A stretch of 64,000 nt of DNA from Kudoa neothunni. Its lineage: Eukaryota > Animalia > Cnidaria. The notes below the pieces were generated by a model. That model ran no database searches. It was not told the origin of the DNA and was given only the letters and a program-made list of their open reading frames with translations. The stretch's first letter is position 1. The number at the start of each line of letters is the position of its first letter. Of the stretch, positions 57,701 through 64,000 are shown piece after piece. Both the position numbers and the translations under genes were made by a program. Location: contig OZ199839.1 in NCBI GenBank assembly GCA_964304625.1, forward strand, positions 8,540,021 to 8,604,020. Reading direction: 5' to 3'.

Positions 57701-59952
57701 TGTATTATAGTATTCAATGATACCGATACAATTTTCACATACTCACATGCTTAAAGTATTGAAGAATTTGTGTAAAAATCGGTTAAATAATCCAAACAAA
57801 ATATAATGTGAATAAATTAACAATTTTTTGAGATTATATGCAAAGAAATGTAATTCTAATGCTTCATATAAAGACCCATGATTAAATAGAGTGCAATTTT
57901 TGTACTTAAAAAACAAAGTTCATTAAATAATATTAACCGCATTTATTGGATATATTAACAAATTTTCCTTGTTCGCTGTCAAAAATGAATTATTGAGACT
58001 GGAAATTATTATTCTATTTATCACTGACATAGAATATTATTAAATTCTAATAATATAAAATGGATTTAGCTCAGGGCTTCCCGGAGACAGCTATTGGAGG
58101 TCCGAGACTCACATCTTGAGTCACCGAAAAAATTTTGTGGCCGAGCAGACTTCTTACGTAATGTACCGATTCTAAGTAATCAGAATCCCGCTCGAATATA
58201 TCTTATGTGCGATTTGTGCGTAATCGAAGCTATAATAAATCGTGTAAACATAAATCATTCGATAAATTTTATTGAAAATTAATGTGCATTATTAATATAC
58301 TATTTTATATTTATTTATTTATTTATGAATAAATAAATAAATAAATTATTTAGTTAAACTCTTAAATATCGCAACAAAGGAAACTATGAAATATTTAATT
58401 GTTAATAGGAAAGATTGATGATTCGTTGTGTTTTTAAATGAGTTGAATTATTAAAAATTTTATTATTTATTTTTCTAAATAAACTATAAAACAAGTAAGA
58501 ATTAAACTTTAGTTTACCTCAAGAGTAAGCTATTTATTTTTTGTTGTTAAGTTGTTTTTAAATTTTAATACTTCAAATTGGAATCAATTTTTACACAAAA
58601 ATTCTACAAATTAAAGCTTTTCATCAAAGTTAAGGTCACATGTTTAGTTTCTAAATTAATAGTCTAATAGAAAAAACTACAAAATCCAAAATTTGGCATA
58701 AGCGCCGTTATTCGCATCTGATATTTTTTATTAAAATATCAATACATTTAGTCCATCCGCAAATTATGATTTATGTACATCTATAGTCTATAAATGAGAA
58801 GGAACCCCACTTAACTTAATTATTGTCCAAAAAAGACAAAATATCAAAACATTTAATTCTTTATCTGTTGTATTTATTTTATTCACATCTGTTTTGTTTT
58901 TAATGTATTTTTATTAATCACACTTCTCTCGCCTAAAATCGAATCCATTCTTAAATCTTTTTTTTGCGAAGGGGACAGAGTTGTCCTTGTTTGTGATAGG
59001 GTATGGAGGAACTAAAATCAATCGGGAAGCGCTGATTTAGCTATTTAATAATTTATCACATGAAATATTGTTTCTTCCAATTTCTCTATATCAACTAAAT
59101 GTGGTATCGAAGCATTACTATAATTATTATTTCAAAAATAATCCAACAACGCTAATTCCTACATCTATCTATGTAATTTATTTTCAGATTGTGCCAAAAG
59201 TGAGTATCTGTTAAAATTTTATGATTATGATGACACTCACACAACAATAATAGTATAACATTCGAAGCTATTTTTCAATACTTTTGATAAAAATACTTAA
59301 TTGTATTTATTATCTTTGAAAATAAATTTTTTATCAAATGTATCAATAAAAATGTATTCATATTTGTTAATATTCTATGAATTATTGTCAAACTTTCGAG
59401 CACGCATTCTCTATTTTTTTTAATTTCATTGTTTCATATTATATTTCAATTTATAATAATAGTAATAATATTATTGTAATTATCCCACATCTAGAATGTT
59501 TACCTACGACCCCTCAAAGAGAATATCCGCCGAAGATGCCCTCGATGATGATTATTTTATTGTACGTTCTACTCATCTTGTTTAAACAATAAATAGGTGT
59601 CTGTTTACATAAAAAAATTGTGTAGGAAAGTCCACTTCCAGTCCCTAGCATTTCATTCCCCACATGGCCTGCCAAGCACGAGCATGGGAAAACACCCTCA
59701 AAAATGCCCAGTCCTAAGCCACCTCGACGTATTATCGCTGTATGTGGTGACAGTCATCTTGGTTTTATATTTTTTATTTAATTTAAATCATCTTTCTATA
59801 GAAATTAAACGATCAATTTGATAGCGAGGATATCGACGATTGAAACGGCAACAGCAGCTCATAACGATGATGATGAGACTGGTGTTAATAAAGGATTTGT
59901 GTTGAATAAAAGCAGCAATCTTAAGGGGGCGGGATTTAATCTCAAATATTAA
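54709..59952 (+). CDS. CDK11: Cyclin-dependent kinase 11 (PITSLRE family), N-terminally compact
   Basis: Spliced translation gives [107 protein letters not shown] and C-terminal GAGFNLKY*. Two long introns, ~56037-57404 and ~57492-59494. Confidence 0.93.
55045..55128 (+). repeat. Intronic minisatellite (ATTTGTGAATATTT)x6
   Basis: Six perfect 14-bp units ending 4 nt before the acceptor of CDK11 intron 2. Confidence 0.95.
58072..59034. mobile_element. Non-autonomous hAT/Buster element in a CDK11 intron
   Basis: TIRs CAGGGCTTCCCG / CGGGAAGCGCTG. Perfect 8-bp TSD ATTTAGCT (nnnTAnnn) at 58064-58071 and 59035-59042. Confidence 0.88.
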
Positions 59953-60683
59953 TTCCGCCATCTTTAACACAATTCATTCGTTGTTTTAATTTTCACTCGA
60001 CTATTCTCCCTTGTGTAAATATTCCACAGCTCATGTAAAGTCTGATTTGAATCGCTATTTTTTATAGATAGTTGTTTTTGGATTGTGAGTATGTGTATAT
60101 GTATAAACGTGGAAACGAAAATACCTTATGAATTATTCTCCCAAACCTATTTAATCTCATCAAATATTTTTAATTGAATTTTGTGATCATTCTCAGACTT
60201 GTATTTGTGAATATTTATTTTGATGATGTGTCAATTTGGCTATCACTTTTAGTATCAATTCACAAATCCATGTTATGTAGGTAATTATATGTGTGACGTT
60301 CTATTTGTGATTGTATGATTGTAGTGTACGTAATGACTTGAACTATTTTTTATTATCTATAATCTAGATTAATGAGATAGTTAATCATTGTAATAACTCG
60401 TTTATTTGAATAATTATTACTCAAATATAAGCCGATCATTTGCATTTTTTAATAATTAATATTATTTAATTAAAAGATTAATTAATATTTTCGAACGATA
60501 TCTTCACACTCAATATCAATATTGTAAACATCGTACGATCCTTATTTATGAATTATAATGTGTTTATGCCGATTGTTGTTGTTGCTGTAAGCGATGATCC
60601 AGAATTCTACGATGTATCATGACCAGGTCACGTAACTGAATAAATATGTATTATTAATGTGCGCCTGCGTGAAAATCTTAAGA

Positions 60684-61321
60684 ATGAAGTCACTTTTGGG
60701 GGTGCGTTCTATTCACAATTGTTTTCGAATCCCAAAACGATTCTACCACAAAAATGTACCAAACAAAACCTCCTAACTAATACCACACATTAGCTTACAT
60801 ATTATAATAAAGGTCATCGAACACTATGAAAATCCAAGAAATGTTGGCTCGTTGAAAGGCACAGATTCTGATGTGGGAACTGGGTTGGTGGGAGCTCCAG
60901 CATGTGGTGATGTAATGAAATTACAAGTAATGTGCCACATTCCACAGTCTTTTTATTATATTGCTCCAAGATCAAAATTGATGCTGACAACAAAATTACT
61001 GATGCCAAATTTAAGACGTTTGGATGTGGATCTGCTATTGCATCTAGTTCGCTGATAACCGAATGGCTTATTGGAAAAACAGTACCTTTGTTTTTCCGAC
61101 TTTCAATCATTTGAAATCTGCTTCATAGTTGGATGAAGCTGAAAGCATAACCAACAAACAGATTGCTGAGGAATTAGGATTACCTCCGGTGAAACTACAT
61201 TGCTCAAGTAGTCCCCAAATAACCTCATATTCAGTCATGATGTTTCTTTTCTGTTAATTTGTGCTGCGCCGAAGAAGCCATAGCTAAAGCTGTTAAGGAT
61301 TTCAGAGCAAAATCAGAATAA
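60684..61321 (+). CDS. ISCU: Mitochondrial iron-sulfur cluster scaffold IscU/Isu1
   Basis: Transit-like N-terminus, then [64 protein letters not shown]. Four small introns; the last acceptor is anomalous. Confidence 0.93.
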
Positions 61322-63089
61322 GCATCAAATTAAAAACAACCGAATAATTTGTTAGCGGATTGGATTGATTGAGATGAACAATGTTTTTAGTTTGACATGT
61401 TTAGTTGGATTTTTTTAAAAAAACTTTCAGCTGGTCTAATTAATATTCGGCGTGACTAAATTAGTCGAAAGTTGTTTGTAGGGGTTGATTTTAATCCGAT
61501 TACGTCTCAGAATTTGCGTTTTTTTTCATTATTGATTATTTCTCACGAGATTATTAATAATGTGGAATTTTTTTCCTTCGTTATTTTCAGAATAATTGCA
61601 TAATCTTCTGTCATGATTGACTGATGGCATGCTAATAAATTTTCCTGCAATTTTTTAATTAGAGTATGCAATACCTTCAGCTTTCCAATTGGAATGAAAC
61701 AATTGGGGCTCGGATCTATGCATCAAAATCAAATGATTTGCATTGTTGAGTAAATGTGTTGGCAAGTCGGTAGATAAGAGTGATGGGGGGACCTGCACAG
61801 GAATCAAAAGTTGAGTTTTATTCTATTCGAACATTAATATAATTTTTTTATTAATCAATTTTTTATTGTTTTCAACTTAGAGGGAAAATGATGTCAGCAG
61901 ATCCATGTTTTTTTTTCAACACCACCTCAATATTTAAATATATCAAATATGAGAGTTACGTTACTATGTGACATGAATTTTCTAATCTTAAATAATTTAA
62001 TGATGAGAAGTATTTTAAAGAATTCATGTAATCTGTACAATTGTTAATAATGATCTTTAATTTAGAGTTGAGACATTCCGATGTATTATTTATTAGGTCG
62101 ACATATGATAGTGTGCTTTACTCGAGGAGATTATCAATTTTGAATGAACTTGAGTTCCAATATTACGAAGTACGCATTCAGATCTCCATTATTGTCAATG
62201 TAGAATCCAGTAAGTACGATTTTATATTTTTTTCGTTTTTAACAAACGCCATTTTTATAATAGTGTATTAGTTAATATCTTTCATTTTTTATATTATATT
62301 CAATTAGTATCATCTCTCGTGGGAAATCTATTTTATTATTAAATTTACAGCGAATTAATGCATAATTAGAAAATTAATTTTTAATCACTTTACAAAGTTT
62401 TAAATCCTTTTTAGTAACAATGAAAAGTATTTTTAATCCATCGATATATGAGTTGATAATAATTTTATTTTCCTCATGCATAATACTTGCGTTGTCAAAA
62501 TTAGATTAATCCATACAGCCAGTCTTGTGTAATCGTTAGATACAATGGAGCAGTATAATTTAAGAACATAAAAATTATTGATAATAATAAATATTGGAGC
62601 ACTTGCTAAAACTAAAATAATTATTTTGAATCTAATTATTTTTAGGTTGCTTCAACTAGAAATAACTTTTAAAAATAAAAACTTCATTTCTTCAACAACC
62701 AATATTCTCCCGTCTCAATTATAATTTGTTATTTGAATTATTTATTATGTTGTTTATTTATTTCAACACAACTTTTCCACTCGTATATTTATTTATTTCA
62801 GATTGCATCAATTTTATTCTGGTTCCAAAAGAACTCATTCGGATCTTAAATATACATTCTTATGAAATTTGCCCATTTTTGGCAAATGACAGCCAAATAT
62901 TTCATTTAGTTCGTAATAATATACAGTGTAACTGATATCGGACGTAATTGCTATTTTTTACACTAAACTAAATTTGAATTTTCTAATTCTTATTTATAAT
63001 AACGCAAATAATTTCAATTATAAAATAAATTAAAATAAAAAAATTTAGTTTATTATGAAAAAAAAATTAATCAAAAACATGGCTCATAC

Positions 63090-64000
63090 GTAATGAGACT
63101 TCATTCCCCAATTCTTTATATCGAGCCATGTTGGACTATATCATCGAAGATTTTGGTTAAAATTACTGCCGTTAGAATTAACACTCCAAGATACACAAAA
63201 CAGAATTTCTCATTATAATCCTCCCTTATATTGATCGCGAAAAATTGGTTTTTCCAATGGGTTCCATAAAGAACTCTTAACTCATTCAGACAAAAATAAT
63301 AAATAGACAGCTATTCTTTTTCGTCAAAATAAAATTTAAAAATATTAAGAAAAGATTAATCGTTCTGCACTTTGCCTGTATATTTGGAGATCGCGTGGAA
63401 CCTCCCGTGATTGTACAACATAGAAGACCAAGTTGTTATAAACATCTCAAAGCATGTATAATAAAATAAGAACGCTTATGAATTAATATGAGCGGAGAAA
63501 TATTCAATAAATATCTCGCAAATTTAAAAAACCAATTCCAACTGGAGGACAACAAAGTGTAACTATTTCTTGTAAAAGCTAATCCCACAGAAAATTCAAA
63601 TGTCCAATACTATATTTAAACGGCAAAATGAAATTGATCTTTAAATTGAAATAAATTTTTTTATTAACATTTCTTAAAATTAAAATACATTATTTTTTCA
63701 TTAAAAAAACAAATTTTTTACATGCTCAGCAATATGGTTGACCAAAACATCTCTTACCGAATCAAAATCTAATTAACTAAAATGAACAAAAATGAACAAA
63801 AATATCTGGGGTTGCCTATAAGAATGCGAAATATAGTTATTCTGTTAACAGAAATAATTAATGCTCGTTTGACTTTAACGAAACCCCTCAGAAAAACATA
63901 AATGGATAAATCTCCAGGTGTATGGGTGTTTACAAATCAATGATTGGGCGAATTAAAAAGAATCAAGGAGGTATTGGTTCACTCAGTATAAACGTGGTGA
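63090..64000. mobile_element. Highly decayed non-LTR retrotransposon fragments
   Basis: Plus strand KYLGLPI (~63800) and NQGGIG (~63961); minus strand LWN..EKPIFR...GGL (~63270-63215). These are short RT C-terminal motifs only. Confidence 0.3.

Overview
This is very AT-rich eukaryotic (animal) DNA with many tiny spliceosomal introns, mostly about 28-70 nt, with GT donors and frequent AAG acceptors. Integrins and rhodopsin-family GPCRs indicate a metazoan. The compact, divergent style suggests a reduced parasite such as a myxozoan cnidarian, but that is inference only. The first ~53 kb is a transposon-dense region of cell-surface genes: two divergent integrin-alpha paralogues, four paralogous short 7TM receptors (three intact, one pseudogene), a cysteine-rich FN3-like type-I membrane protein and a broken ~1100-aa coiled-coil type-I membrane protein. 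These are interleaved with piggyBac, hAT/Buster, pogo, Helitron and Tc1/IS630 elements and a 1.7-kb fold-back. The last ~11 kb is a housekeeping block with an intronless orphan ORF head-to-head with a compact CDK11, followed by IscU. The strongest sequence-level surprises are: a complete Tc1/IS630-type transposon whose transposase is interrupted by two host-style 39-nt introns (one GC-AG); integrin-alpha tails with an altered or lost GFFKR; GPCRs with rewritten DRY/CWxP/NPxxY motifs; a possible micro-intron switch between anchored and unanchored FN3-like protein; and an IscU last intron lacking the expected AG. All gene models were derived by eye and no database searches were run.
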